A DNA stretch of 64,000 bases from positions 4,030,001-4,094,000 of the forward strand of contig CAKKNE010000001.1 in the NCBI GenBank assembly GCA_918797485.1. The letters are read 5' to 3'. The first letter of the stretch is position 1, and the number at the start of each line of letters is the position of its first letter. A model generated the notes under the pieces. That model was not told the origin of the DNA, ran no database searches, and saw only the letters and a program-made list of their open reading frames with translations. The position numbers and the translations under genes were made by a program. Positions 1 to 10,010 of this stretch are shown piece after piece. This stretch comes from Pelagomonas calceolata (Eukaryota).

Positions 1-1
1 G

Positions 2-904
2 TTGGATAGCGCGCGGACGGGCGCCATTAGTAGGCGGGGGTTCCTTCACGGGGGGCCGTGCCTCCTCGAGGCCTTATTTAGACTCGACGCCGACGCCGAC
101 GTCAACCGCGAGCCGGCCTATTTTAGTTACGAGCACTTCTACGTGATCTACTGCCGGTGGTGGGAGCTCGACGCCGACCGCGACGCGCGGTTAAGGAGAG
201 ACGACTTGCTGCGGTACGCGGGCCACCGCCTCTCGCGGGCCGTCGTCGACCGCGTCTTCGACGCCGCGCCGCGGGCCCTGACCGACGGGCTGACCGGCGC
301 GGCCCTGCGGCGGATCAAACCGGGGGACCCCGACGCCGACGCCCTGACCTACGCGGACTTCTGTTACGTGATGTTGGCGGAGGAGGACAAGACGACGGAA
401 GCGTCGCTGCGGTACTGGTTTGGGATATGCGATGTGGATGGCGACGGCGTCGTCGACGAGCGGGACGCGGCGGCCTTCTACGTTCTCCAAAGGAGGCGGC
501 TGGAGTGCCTCGGCCACGAGGCGGTATCGTGGGGGGACGTGCGCTGCCAGATGGCCGACCTGCTCGACCACGGGCGTAGTGGATTGCGGCTTAGGGTGGA
601 GGACTTTTTGAATGATAAATGTCCCCAGGCGGGCGTCTTCTTCGACGCCCTCTTCGCCCTCGACAAGTTCGTGCGGTGGGAGCAGCGCGACCCGTTCGCG
701 GACCGCATGCGGAAGGACGACCCCTTCGACACGGACTGGGACCGGTTCGCCGCGCAGGAGTACGCGAGGCTGGCGACGGAGGAGGACCAGCTCGAGGAGG
801 CGTACGGCGTCGACTCGCCGGGCGGCGAGGACGCCGTCTCGCCGCTCGACGGCTCGTCGCCCGTCGAGGCCGAGGTCGTGCGCAGCGCGGAGGCGCCGTT
901 TTAA
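2..904 (+). CDS. PP2A regulatory subunit B'' (PR72/PPP2R3 family), 5'-truncated by window edge
   Basis: FSYEHFYVIYCRWWELDAD, EEDKT..SLRYWF..CDVDGDG (EF-hand) and DWDRFAAQEY motifs typical of B'' subunits. Confidence 0.9.
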   Translation: MDSARTGAISRRGFLHGGPCLLEALFRLDADADVNREPAYFSYEHFYVIYCRWWELDADRDARLRRDDLLRYAGHRLSRAVVDRVFDAAPRALTDGLTGAALRRIKPGDPDADALTYADFCYVMLAEEDKTTEASLRYWFGICDVDGDGVVDERDAAAFYVLQRRRLECLGHEAVSWGDVRCQMADLLDHGRSGLRLRVEDFLNDKCPQAGVFFDALFALDKFVRWEQRDPFADRMRKDDPFDTDWDRFAAQEYARLATEEDQLEEAYGVDSPGGEDAVSPLDGSSPVEAEVVRSAEAPF

Positions 905-2879
905 TTTGATAGCTTAGGTTTCTTGGGGCGGCTTTCTGGTCGAGTCCTAGCTACTGCACGACGCCACTGCCACGCCGCGGGCACGCCATCGCCGCGTTGA
1001 CAGCGTCGCAGCGTGTCTAAACGAGCTCCCAAATTCAGAATGCATCATAGTCGGTCGCAGCGACCAAAATTTGACAGTAGTGGCCACACAGAGCCAAACT
1101 CTGAGCTAGCGTAACGACATACTAGCAAATTCAAAGATACGCTTCGATAGCGTCAAAAGAATGACTCAAATTCAGAATACATCCTAGTCGTTCGCCGAGA
1201 CCAAATATTTCAGAGCAGCGGCCCGGGAACATACCCTCGCGCCTCCCGGAAGGCACCGCCAGCGACATTCGCGGATGAGACTTACGGCTTCCCAAAGTAC
1301 ACCAGCGATTGACGCCGCCATCTACCGTCCAGATAGTACATTATATCAACTCCAGCCCAGTTTTCATACGGAATCGACGGAACCGGAGCCGACGGCGCGC
1401 GCTCGGAGGGCGGGAAAAGAATTCTACTAGACAACTCTCGCGTTTATGTTCGTTTCCTTCCGTTTGTTAGTAGTAGAGGCCGTCCAGGCCGCCTGGGCGG
1501 GGATGAGCTATGTTAGAGGATCTGTTGGAGCCGCGCGAAACGGAGATTCCGGGTCCACAAGTTTACACATAGACGGGCACAAAACCTAGACCCGCGAGTA
1601 CCAGCGACGCCACCATCCAGATGGACCATGACGCCGTTGTTCTATTCACGATCGACCGACTTGCCCGTTCTCCGCTGGCGACGGTGCGTACGCGAGGCAC
1701 TGGAAAGGCCCCAGACCCGTGAGTTATGAAATAAATTTGCGTTTCAGGCGCTTTAGTGGTGGGACGGTCCAGAATACCGGCCTGAGCGTGTACTACATTG
1801 AATTATCTCTTCCGAAGGCTCCCGGCGGCTCGGCCATTCCGAGACCCCAGGATCTCGTTTAAACTGGTCTAAGAACTGGACCTGCGGCCATCAGCCCGTG
1901 TACCATCACCATGGACCATAACGCGATCATTTGCTTCATGACCGAGTGACTTGCGCGAGGTCCAGATAAAGATGTTCATGTCCCGAGCGTGGGCAGCCCA
2001 AAGTACCCTTCTCGTGGTGTAGATGCCATATATTTGTAATTGACTATCGGTGGGGTAGTATAGGGTCCAACGAGACCGCTACGGCGACTACTGGGGGCCC
2101 TCGGGTAATTGACGTTTTTGACGGGGACGGGGCGCCATCGGGCCCAAATTATTTACTTTTTTCGGATGTAGATCGGCTCCCGGACGCTCTCCGGGATAGG
2201 TCTAAGGTCGGGTAGTCGCCTAGGCCGCATGCGCCGGCGCTTGGGGCTCTCCAGAGAGCTCTGGATCCAAAACTTTGGGGGACCCCCCCCGGGCTAGGTT
2301 CCTGCGGTTGCGTAGGTCGTTAGGTAGGTGGGGGATCATGGTAGTTGTCCGCAACGTGCTGGGGACCTGTACTGATATGTATCTAACGATCGAAGCGCCC
2401 GCGCATGCGCTGTAGGCGATTGCACGTGTATAATACCGACCCTAAGCGACCTCCGGGAGGCCTCTGGGCCACCTATGGACAGGATTCCACCGGCGCGCCC
2501 GACCCCTTTGGCCCGTCAATATCGCGAATTAAAAAATTATTTTTTTAGAGCCCCAGTAAGTGTTCCATTGATCTCTTTGGACCAGTAGCGAACCGAACGG
2601 TACTCAAGCCGCTGCATGCGCATATGTTTCAATACCTAGTGTGTCTCTCGCCTAGCTGAGGTGCGCCAGCGCGGCCTTTGTCGCTCTCTGGCTTGCCAAG
2701 CACAAGCGTGATTTCCCCAATTGCGCAGCCTACCGCACAACTGCCAGCCGGTGACGCGCGTGCAAGCTCTGCTGTACGCTGCCGCAGCGCGCCTCACAAG
2801 CAAAGGCAAAGGCAGCACGCAGCGACGCCAACGGTTGCCACTGTGCGAGCTGCTTCAAATTACAGTTTGACAGCGATCA

Positions 2880-4400
2880 ATGCGCCGCTTATTAATCCTA
2901 GCGCTCGCCGCCTGCGCCGCAGCGCACGAGTCCTGCTGCGAGAAGGCCACCAAAGCGGAGCCCGAGTTCATCATCGACCCGGACGACGCGCCGCCCGACG
3001 TCTACGAGGGCGAGCCGCGCTACGTCGCGGACCCGGCGGACACGGCGCCCGCCGCGTGGGACGAGGACGAGGACGGGCCGTACGAGCGGCGGTTGATCGA
3101 GAACCCGCGGTACGCGTGGGCGCCGCGGGAGATAGAAAACCCGAGGTACCGACCGCCGGCGTCGCTCGGGGAGCGCTACGCCGACGAGGTGCGCGAGGCG
3201 GCGCCGTGGGTCGCGCTCGGCGCTGTCGTCGCGGCCGTGCTCGACGCGGCGCCCGTGCCGTCGTTCGCGGGGGCGTTGAAAACGCCGGGCGCGGCCGGCG
3301 TCGTGGCCGGCGCGTTGGTCGGCCTCGCGACGCCGCTGTGCTCGTGCGGAGTGCTCCCGGGCGCGGCGGCGCTCGCGGCGGAGGGCGTTCCTCTGGGCTC
3401 CGTCGTCGCGTTCCTCACGGCCGCGCAGTCGTCCGGATTGGATTCGGCGGCGATCACGTACGGCCTGCTCGGCTGGCGCGCGGCGCTGGCGCGGCTCCTA
3501 GGTGCCGTCGTCCTAGCCTGCGCCGCGGGCCTCGCCGTCGGCCGCTCCGCGGCGACGCCGAGGAAGGAGAGCAGCCAGAGAGACGCGCGCCTCGACGCCA
3601 AGCCGCTCAAGGGCTTTGGACCGAAGAAGGTCGACGCCTTCGCCGCGGCCGGGGTCCACACGGTAGCGGAGCTGGCCCACTTCGCCGTGTCGGACCAGGC
3701 CTTGGCCACGAAGACCGGTCTACCCGTGAAGACCGTGAGCAAGTGGCGCGACGCGGCCGGCGACTGGCTCGAGCACAATACCTCGAACGGAGGCGGGCCG
3801 CCGACGAAGCAGCCGACGAACGTGGTGGCGACGGCGCTCCGCGTCGCCGCCGAGGTCTTTCCCAGTGTTTTAGTCGGTCTCGCCGTGTCGACGGCGGCGC
3901 TGCACTACGCGCCGTCCCTCGCCTCGGCGCACGACGCCTACGCCTCGGCGGCAAGCGGCGCGGTCCTGCGCCTCGCCACGCTCGCGGCGACGATTCCGCT
4001 GCAGCTCTGCGAGCACGCGACCGTCACGTTGGCCGCCGGCGTGCAAAAGGGCGGCGGCTCGGCGGGCCTGGCGTTCGCCTTTCTCCTGGCCGCGCCGGCG
4101 ACGAACGCGTCGAGCCTCCTGCTCCTGGCGAAGCAACCGTCGGCCGTCGCGCGCGCCGTCAGCGCGCTGACGGCGGCGGCCCTCGTGTTGTCATACGTCG
4201 TGGACCTGGCCGGCGCCGATTTGCTGGTCGTGGCCGAATCCGAATCGGACGGCGGCGGCGGCGGCGGCCTCGAGCTGCCCGGATGGGTCGAGGGACAAGC
4301 CGACGCGCTCGTCGCCCTACTGGCGGTGACGACGCTGTACCACGCCGTACGGCCGAAGCGCCACGGCGAGGCGTGCGGGGACGGGTGCAAGGACGATTAG
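2880..4400 (+). CDS. DUF318/ArsP-like permease with signal peptide, calnexin P-domain-like N-terminal repeat and internal HhH-like insert
   Basis: TPLCSCGVLP, PLQLCEHAT and FLLAAPATN permease motifs; many hydrophobic segments; IIDPDDAPPD..VADPADTAPAAWDEDEDG. Confidence 0.75.
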   Translation: MRRLLILALAACAAAHESCCEKATKAEPEFIIDPDDAPPDVYEGEPRYVADPADTAPAAWDEDEDGPYERRLIENPRYAWAPREIENPRYRPPASLGERYADEVREAAPWVALGAVVAAVLDAAPVPSFAGALKTPGAAGVVAGALVGLATPLCSCGVLPGAAALAAEGVPLGSVVAFLTAAQSSGLDSAAITYGLLGWRAALARLLGAVVLACAAGLAVGRSAATPRKESSQRDARLDAKPLKGFGPKKVDAFAAAGVHTVAELAHFAVSDQALATKTGLPVKTVSKWRDAAGDWLEHNTSNGGGPPTKQPTNVVATALRVAAEVFPSVLVGLAVSTAALHYAPSLASAHDAYASAASGAVLRLATLAATIPLQLCEHATVTLAAGVQKGGGSAGLAFAFLLAAPATNASSLLLLAKQPSAVARAVSALTAAALVLSYVVDLAGADLLVVAESESDGGGGGGLELPGWVEGQADALVALLAVTTLYHAVRPKRHGEACGDGCKDD

Positions 4401-4658
4401 CGGCTGTGTAAGTGAAAGTTTATATAGCGGAATCCCTCCCGGCGCGAACGCCGTGGCCCGGCGCGTCTCCGGCGCCGCGGCCAAATTGCAAAATTGCGTC
4501 GCGACGCCGCCGCGGCTGTCCCGCGAGCAACGGCGTCTTGGGTGGCGTCGCGGTCGTTTCTTTGGCCCTGCGTCCAGGCGGCGATCGCCACAACGCAAGC
4601 GAGCGGCCGTGTGCGGGCTAGAGTATGCCATAGAGTTACGCCGCCGGGTTCAATGCGC

Positions 4659-4889
4659 CTAGAGGATGCGGAACGTGTCTTTGATGCCGTCCCAGCAGGG
4701 GTAGCCGAAGTTCGTGAAGTCGCGCGCCTGGAGCCTGCAGACCCTTTTGGCGAGGGCGGGCGTGTAGTAGTCGAAGCGCTTGTCGGCGGAGTCGCGCGCG
4801 TGGGCGGTGCGCTGGACCTCGCCGATCCAGCCCTGGAGGCGGAGGACCTCTCGCGCGCGGTCGACGGCGCGTCGCGTGTGCGCCAGTTC
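4659..4889 (-). pseudogene. Orphan C-terminal fragment of a Sulfotransfer_2-like protein
   Basis: Manual translation ...FDYYTPALAKRVCRLQARDFTNFGYPCWDG...*; no ATG, in-frame TGA immediately upstream. Confidence 0.4.
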
Positions 4890-5645
4890 TCAGTGGATAA
4901 GAAACTATATGAGGATTTCTGTCCGGAGCGGGGGAGGGGGGCGCCGCGTACCGATGCTCGGATACCGCCCTCCCGCGACCGGTAACGACGATCTATGAGA
5001 AACGCGCGGGCGGCGGGCGTCGTTGGCACTGCAGTAAACCGCGGAGGACCGAGCAGGGAGCCGTCCATACGCCTCCTTGGGGAATTGGAAGGCCCGGAAG
5101 AATCCGGCGGACAAACCCGCGCAGGCCAAGGCTGAAACGCGCAAATGGACGTCCGGCCGCGGTGAGCGCCGCCCAGAAATCTGGCCAGGGCGGTAGGCCG
5201 AGGCGCCCGCGGGGGGACGTCTATGTGTCGAGCCCGGAGGTTTAGTAGTAATGTGTCAAGCTTGCTAGTGTCTTTCGACCGCTAGCTGTGGCCAACTTGG
5301 CCGACAAACTTGCCCGACACAGAGCAACCCATATACGCTCACAAAGTAGCTCCCCGCGTCCCAGACCCCCTTCAACACTCTGGCCGATCACGTACAACGC
5401 CCACTCGCCGAGAACTTCCGCCGCGCGCGCGCTCGAAGACGCTAAACTCCCCTGGAACATGCCAGAGCAAAACCGAAGCTCACGGCACGCCAAGGGCGCG
5501 GCGGGCGCACCAAAGCCGCGGCGGTTTGCCGCGCGCCGGCGCGCGAGGCCGTGCGAACGGCGGCGGCCAAAAGACATCACACAAAAACATTGGCCAGCGG
5601 CCGGCCGCGGCCGCCTAGGCCGGGCTGTACCAGCCCATCTCGCGG

Positions 5646-5840
5646 ATGACCGTGGCGGCGCTCGACGACCTGGGCGTCTACGGGCCGCTGAACTACGACG
5701 CGGCGGACCCCTACCCGGCCACGCGCCGCAAGCTCGAGGAGGGCCCGGGCTTCGAGGTCCTCACGCCGACCGAGAGCTTCACGCTCGACGGCGACGACGA
5801 GTACGTGGTCGAGGTCGAGCCCGTCCCGCTCGACGCGTGA
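5646..5840 (+). CDS. Small acidic hypothetical protein or terminal exon (frame open from 5619)
   Basis: Coding-like codon usage with GC-rich third positions; preceded by possible acceptor CCTAG ending at 5618. Confidence 0.4.
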   Translation: MTVAALDDLGVYGPLNYDAADPYPATRRKLEEGPGFEVLTPTESFTLDGDDEYVVEVEPVPLDA

Positions 5841-5917
5841 TCGCGCGCACAAGAGTCCCCTCCCCCCCCCCTCTCGCTTCCCGCCTAAAAAAAAAAACAA
5901 ATATATATATATGTATA

Positions 5918-6919
5918 TTAGGCCCAGCTCCGCGGCTTCCTCAGGACGTCCACGAGCCGCGCTTCTGGAGAACCAATCGCAGGCTCGGCCTTGTACTGCC
6001 ACGCTATCAGGGGCGGCGCCGAGACCATGATGCGCTCGATGGCGTCGGGACTCAACCCGAAGCGGACGCCGCGGTCGTTCAGCAAGTTGAACTCGAGGTA
6101 GCGGCCCCGCCTCAAAAGTTGCCACTGGCGCTGCGCCTCCGCCACGGCGTCGCCGCGCCGCCGCGCGACGATCGGCGCCCACGAGGCGATCATCGTCTCG
6201 AGCACCCGTCGCGCCAAAGCGTCCGCGTCCGCGGACGCGTCGTCGTCCCAGAAGACGCCCCCCACTCCGCGGTGCTCCTGTCGCAGGGGCAGGTAGAAGT
6301 ACCCGTCGCACGTTTGCTTCATGTCCTGATATCTCCCCTTGCAGACGTCGCGCCAGTGCGCGTGGAACCCTCGAATATCGTCCTCCACGACGTAGCAGGG
6401 CGTCAGGTCGCAGCCGCCCCCGTACCACGCCTCCCTCGGTTCATCGTTTTCGTCAAACACCACGAAACATCTCGCGTCGCCCCTGAGAGTGGGCACGTGC
6501 GGGCTCTTCGCGTGCAGCACCAGCGACAGCGCCGCGGCCTCGAAGCGGTCGCCCGCCTTGACGTTTTCGCGGCCCCGGCTGCACATGGCCTCGGCCCGCG
6601 CCTTCGTGAGCGTCCCCTGTATGTACGACGTGGAGATGCAGCCCTTCTCCACGAGGGCGCCGTCCGCGATGACTCTCGTGAGTCCGTGGCTGCCGTCGCC
6701 GCGGGTCCACGCGTCCTCGCCGAAGGACGATGTCCCGTCCAGCGCCTCGACGGCGTTGCACATGACCTCCTGCTGCTCGGCTAAAAAGTCCTTGAAGGCG
6801 CCGAAGGCCGTCGCCGACGCGTGCTGCGGCTGTTGTGGCTTACGGCGCACGAGCCTTTTGAGGCTGTTGAGCAGCGCATCGGTCGTAGCGACGGCGAGCA
6901 GTAGCACGGCGAGCCGCAT
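5918..6919 (-). CDS. hemF: Coproporphyrinogen III oxidase (aerobic, HemF/CPOX family), divergent, with signal peptide
   Basis: WYGGGCDLTP, YFYLP.RQEHRGVGGVFWDD, LRRGRYLEFNLLNDRGVRFGL. Confidence 0.9.
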   Translation of the reverse strand: MRLAVLLLAVATTDALLNSLKRLVRRKPQQPQHASATAFGAFKDFLAEQQEVMCNAVEALDGTSSFGEDAWTRGDGSHGLTRVIADGALVEKGCISTSYIQGTLTKARAEAMCSRGRENVKAGDRFEAAALSLVLHAKSPHVPTLRGDARCFVVFDENDEPREAWYGGGCDLTPCYVVEDDIRGFHAHWRDVCKGRYQDMKQTCDGYFYLPLRQEHRGVGGVFWDDDASADADALARRVLETMIASWAPIVARRRGDAVAEAQRQWQLLRRGRYLEFNLLNDRGVRFGLSPDAIERIMVSAPPLIAWQYKAEPAIGSPEARLVDVLRKPRSWA

Positions 6920-7314
6920 GGCTGCTGTCAATGCGCACGGCAGCTTGCTCCTCTGCAGCAGATTGATGCTGCTCGGACGCGTTAACTATAATGCAGGAGC
7001 CGCGTCGAATACGTGTGTCGGCACGGCTGCGATCGCTGGGGTGTGCTGCGTGCGCTGGCGTCGCGCGCTGGTAGATGTCTCAAGCCAGATAACTGCAGCT
7101 TCGTGAGATGCAGCACCCACACGCTGTGCGCCCAGCGTAGCTCGACTAGCGCTGACAGGCTCACAGACAGACCTCAGAAGTCTTCAGAACTTGCATGCGA
7201 CGACCAAAACTCCTCGCAAGCACCATCGCCTCGGCTGCAGCCCTCCGCAGCGCTACCCTCAGCCGGCCGGCCGTGAAACGCAGCAGCGTCGTCGCGACCC
7301 GCGCAAAAGAGACG

Positions 7315-7776
7315 ATGGCAGAGGCCGACCTCCTGAGCTGCATCGTACGAACGAAACAAAAAAAGACGGACTTCAAGGGCAAGCGCGTCGGGCTCTACTT
7401 CGCCGCGGGCTGGTGCCCCATGTGCACGTCCTTCGAGCCGTCGCTCGTGCAATTCGTCGAGGCGACCCGAAGCCCGGAAAGCAATGCCCCGCCGGTGCAG
7501 CTCATCTACGTGAGCTCCGACATGGACGAGGCGGCCGCCGAGACGCGCGCCGCCGCGCTCGGCATGGATCGGGTGGACTTCGCCATGGCCCAGACGCTCA
7601 AGACGACGTTCAAGGTCTGGTCCGGGCGCGAGCGGCCCGAGTTCGGCGACGGGCGCCGCGGCGGCGTGCCGGCGATCGTCGTCGTCGACCGCGACTGCGG
7701 TGAGCTCCAGTACCTCAACGCGGAGGGCGAAGGCGCCGCGGCGCTGGGGAAGTGGAAGGATGAGGGCGCCTGGTGA
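7315..7776 (+). CDS. Nucleoredoxin/tryparedoxin-like thioredoxin
   Basis: GKRVGLYFAAGWCPMC, IYVSSD, GVPAIVVVD; alternative upstream ATG at 7195. Confidence 0.8.
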   Translation: MAEADLLSCIVRTKQKKTDFKGKRVGLYFAAGWCPMCTSFEPSLVQFVEATRSPESNAPPVQLIYVSSDMDEAAAETRAAALGMDRVDFAMAQTLKTTFKVWSGRERPEFGDGRRGGVPAIVVVDRDCGELQYLNAEGEGAAALGKWKDEGAW

Positions 7777-7831
7777 GTCTTAAAGTATTCTTCGGGCGCT
7801 CTGTAGATTTCTTAGGACGCGTTCGTCGCGC

Positions 7832-8183
7832 TCACGCGGCCTCGTCCGCGGCCGCCTCGTCGTCGGCCGCGTCGGCCGCGTCGGCCAGCTCGAACATGTC
7901 GCCCAAATCGAGGTCCATGGCGTCTCCCCCGTCGCCGTCGGCGTCGTCGGCCGCAGCGACGGGCGGCGCCGTCGGCAACGGTGGCGCGGCGCTCGACCTG
8001 TGCGCAAATCAATTGTGAGTCGGGGGCCGTGGGCAAAGAAGCGACGATATATATATGCACTACGGGTCAGTACGAGCTTGTAGGATTGATAAAGTTGGAC
8101 ATGGCCACAGAGCGCGCCGTCAGCGGCTGCGGCGCGAACGCTAGAGCACCACACATCATCGCAAAACACAATACTATCTTCAT
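7832..8183 (-). CDS. Small acidic, putatively plastid-targeted protein; 2 exons (8183-8074, 7997-7832)
   Basis: MKIVLCFAMMCGALA-FAP presequence; GT-AG intron 8073-7998 gives a 276-nt in-frame CDS with Asp/Ala-rich tail; missed by the ORF track. Confidence 0.65.
7998..8073 (-). mobile_element. Decayed introner-like intron (76 nt)
   Basis: 3' end TTGATTTGCGCACAG resembles the family TIR; other TIR and TSD not recognisable. Confidence 0.5.
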
Positions 8184-8560
8184 AGCGCTGGGGCTGCCCG
8201 GTGGCCGTGGGAGAAGACGAAATCTTCTCATCAGAGTAAGCAAATCCACTAATGTGCGGGTGCGGGTGCGCCTGCCGTTCCGAGGGCAGGGAGGACCGAG
8301 GGCCGCCCGAGGACGGTATGCGACGCTTGGGAGGGGAGCCTACTAAAATAATGTGGTACAAGTAATGGCCGCGACGCGCGCTCGGGGTCCGTACTAGAGG
8401 GGCTAGCTCAATCTCACTCATCGCCGCGACGACTTCTGCGCCTCCTTCTAGCGGGAAAAGAACAGTGTAGTGATTTTGTATACTTATGTCCCATCCGGTC
8501 AGTAGCCCGCCGCCGCGGCGCCGCCGCGCAAGGGAAAGGAAAGAATGGTTGATCACGATT

Positions 8561-9409
8561 CTACGGGCCGCAGTCCGCGCGCGCCGCGAGCTCCGTGTCC
8601 TCGACGTCGTTCCAGTCGTACTTGCGGAAGTAGTCCCAGGTGCGCATCTTTTCGGCTCTCATAGTGTTCACGTCGCCGCGCGACATTTTGGTTTCCCGGA
8701 AGTACTGTTTCGACTGGATCGCGTAGTGGTTGAGGTGGAGGGGCGCGGCTTTGAGAAGTTCCTCGGAGATGAGCGTGCGGTGTGGCCCCTCGCGCCCGGC
8801 GACGACGTGCGAGTGAATGACGAACCGCTCCAGCGCCGCGACGCGCGCCAGGCTCTTGCCTGGAATAATCATAGGCTTGTGGTAGGCGCGGCGCCACGTG
8901 AAGCCGCAGACCGTGCCGTTGCGGGGCTGCGCGTCGCGGCCCGACGAACCGAACATCTTCCAGGGCACGGCGACGTCATTCGCTGCGCCCGGGTCGAGGA
9001 CGTCGCGGACGGTTTGCGCGAGCGTCGGCGGCCACCGCCTTCCGGGATCCCGCGCGTAGAGGTACTCGTCCAGGTCGATGACCACCACCCAGTCGCGTGG
9101 GAACTCGCGCTTCAGGAGCGGCAGCGCGTACTTGTTGTAGAGCGCCACCTGGCCGTGCGCGGCGCCGTCCGTCGTCACGCGGACGCGGTCGCCGAACGGC
9201 GCGACCACGCGTTGCCAGTCGTCCGTGCTGCCGTTGTCCACCAGGATCGCGGCCACGGCGCCCTGCGCGTTGAGGTAGTAGTCGAGCCACGGCCCCAGGT
9301 TCGGCGCCTCGTTCTTGAAGATGCCCACGATCACGAGGCCCGGGGGCCGGTCGAGCACGATGCCTTGGGCGGCGCACAAGACGAGGGTCGTTATGAAGGG
9401 AAAGGCCAT
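8561..9409 (-). CDS. GT-A fold glycosyltransferase (GT2/GT92-like)
   Basis: IFKNEAP.L..WLDYY, LVDNGSTD, WVVVIDLDEY (DxD), LNHY. Confidence 0.8.
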   Translation of the reverse strand: MAFPFITTLVLCAAQGIVLDRPPGLVIVGIFKNEAPNLGPWLDYYLNAQGAVAAILVDNGSTDDWQRVVAPFGDRVRVTTDGAAHGQVALYNKYALPLLKREFPRDWVVVIDLDEYLYARDPGRRWPPTLAQTVRDVLDPGAANDVAVPWKMFGSSGRDAQPRNGTVCGFTWRRAYHKPMIIPGKSLARVAALERFVIHSHVVAGREGPHRTLISEELLKAAPLHLNHYAIQSKQYFRETKMSRGDVNTMRAEKMRTWDYFRKYDWNDVEDTELAARADCGP

Positions 9410-10010
9410 CCTGTGTTGGCCCACTGTTGGGACCGGGCGGACGTCTCTATGCGGGGAAGGTGTAGCTGACGTTGGCGCGAAGCCTGCGAGCGGAGCACGC
9501 TTTAAGGGCGGGGGGTGAGTGAGTGGCGGACCACTGGCGGTCGCCGGTCGGGAGTGGTCACTCGGTGGTGTAACACTGGTGTTGCGGTGCCGCGCGACCC
9601 GGCCCGGTTCAGATAGATATTTTTAGGGCCAGAGAGGACTCACCGGCGGGCGTTATCCTCTTTTGTCACTCGCGACGCCCCGTGTCTGCCACGATAGTAG
9701 CTAGTTACGTTTGTCTGCCACGATTAAGCCATGAAAACCCCCCCTCCAAGCTCTTACCCTAGCCCCCAAGATTCCCCCAATAAAACGCGCCAGGAATCGC
9801 GCGCCAGAAAACCCACCCCCCGGCTAGCCAAGCGCCATGATTCAACGCGCGGAGGACGGAGGTGTGGCAGCGGTGGATGTCACCCTCCACGCCACCGAGA
9901 AGACGGACGGCGACAACCGCGTCGACGGTGTGGGCACTAAAGGTGGTTCGAATTTAAGGGGCCCCGCGGGAAGGGACCGGGCGCGGCGGCGGATGGGAGA
10001 CACGGGTCCG

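Noticed and set aside
4654..4985. + strand ORF MRLEDAERVFDAV...
   Set aside because: Reads as the antisense of the sulfotransferase-like fragment on the - strand.
7315..7776. Possible selenoprotein, since pelagophytes are Sec-rich
   Set aside because: The active site is a plain CPMC and the terminal TGA follows a complete domain. I saw no convincing in-frame Sec codon in the window, but no SECIS search was possible.
9683..9724. 13-bp direct repeat TGTCTGCCACGAT
   Set aside because: Only two copies and no associated structure; insufficient to assign a function.
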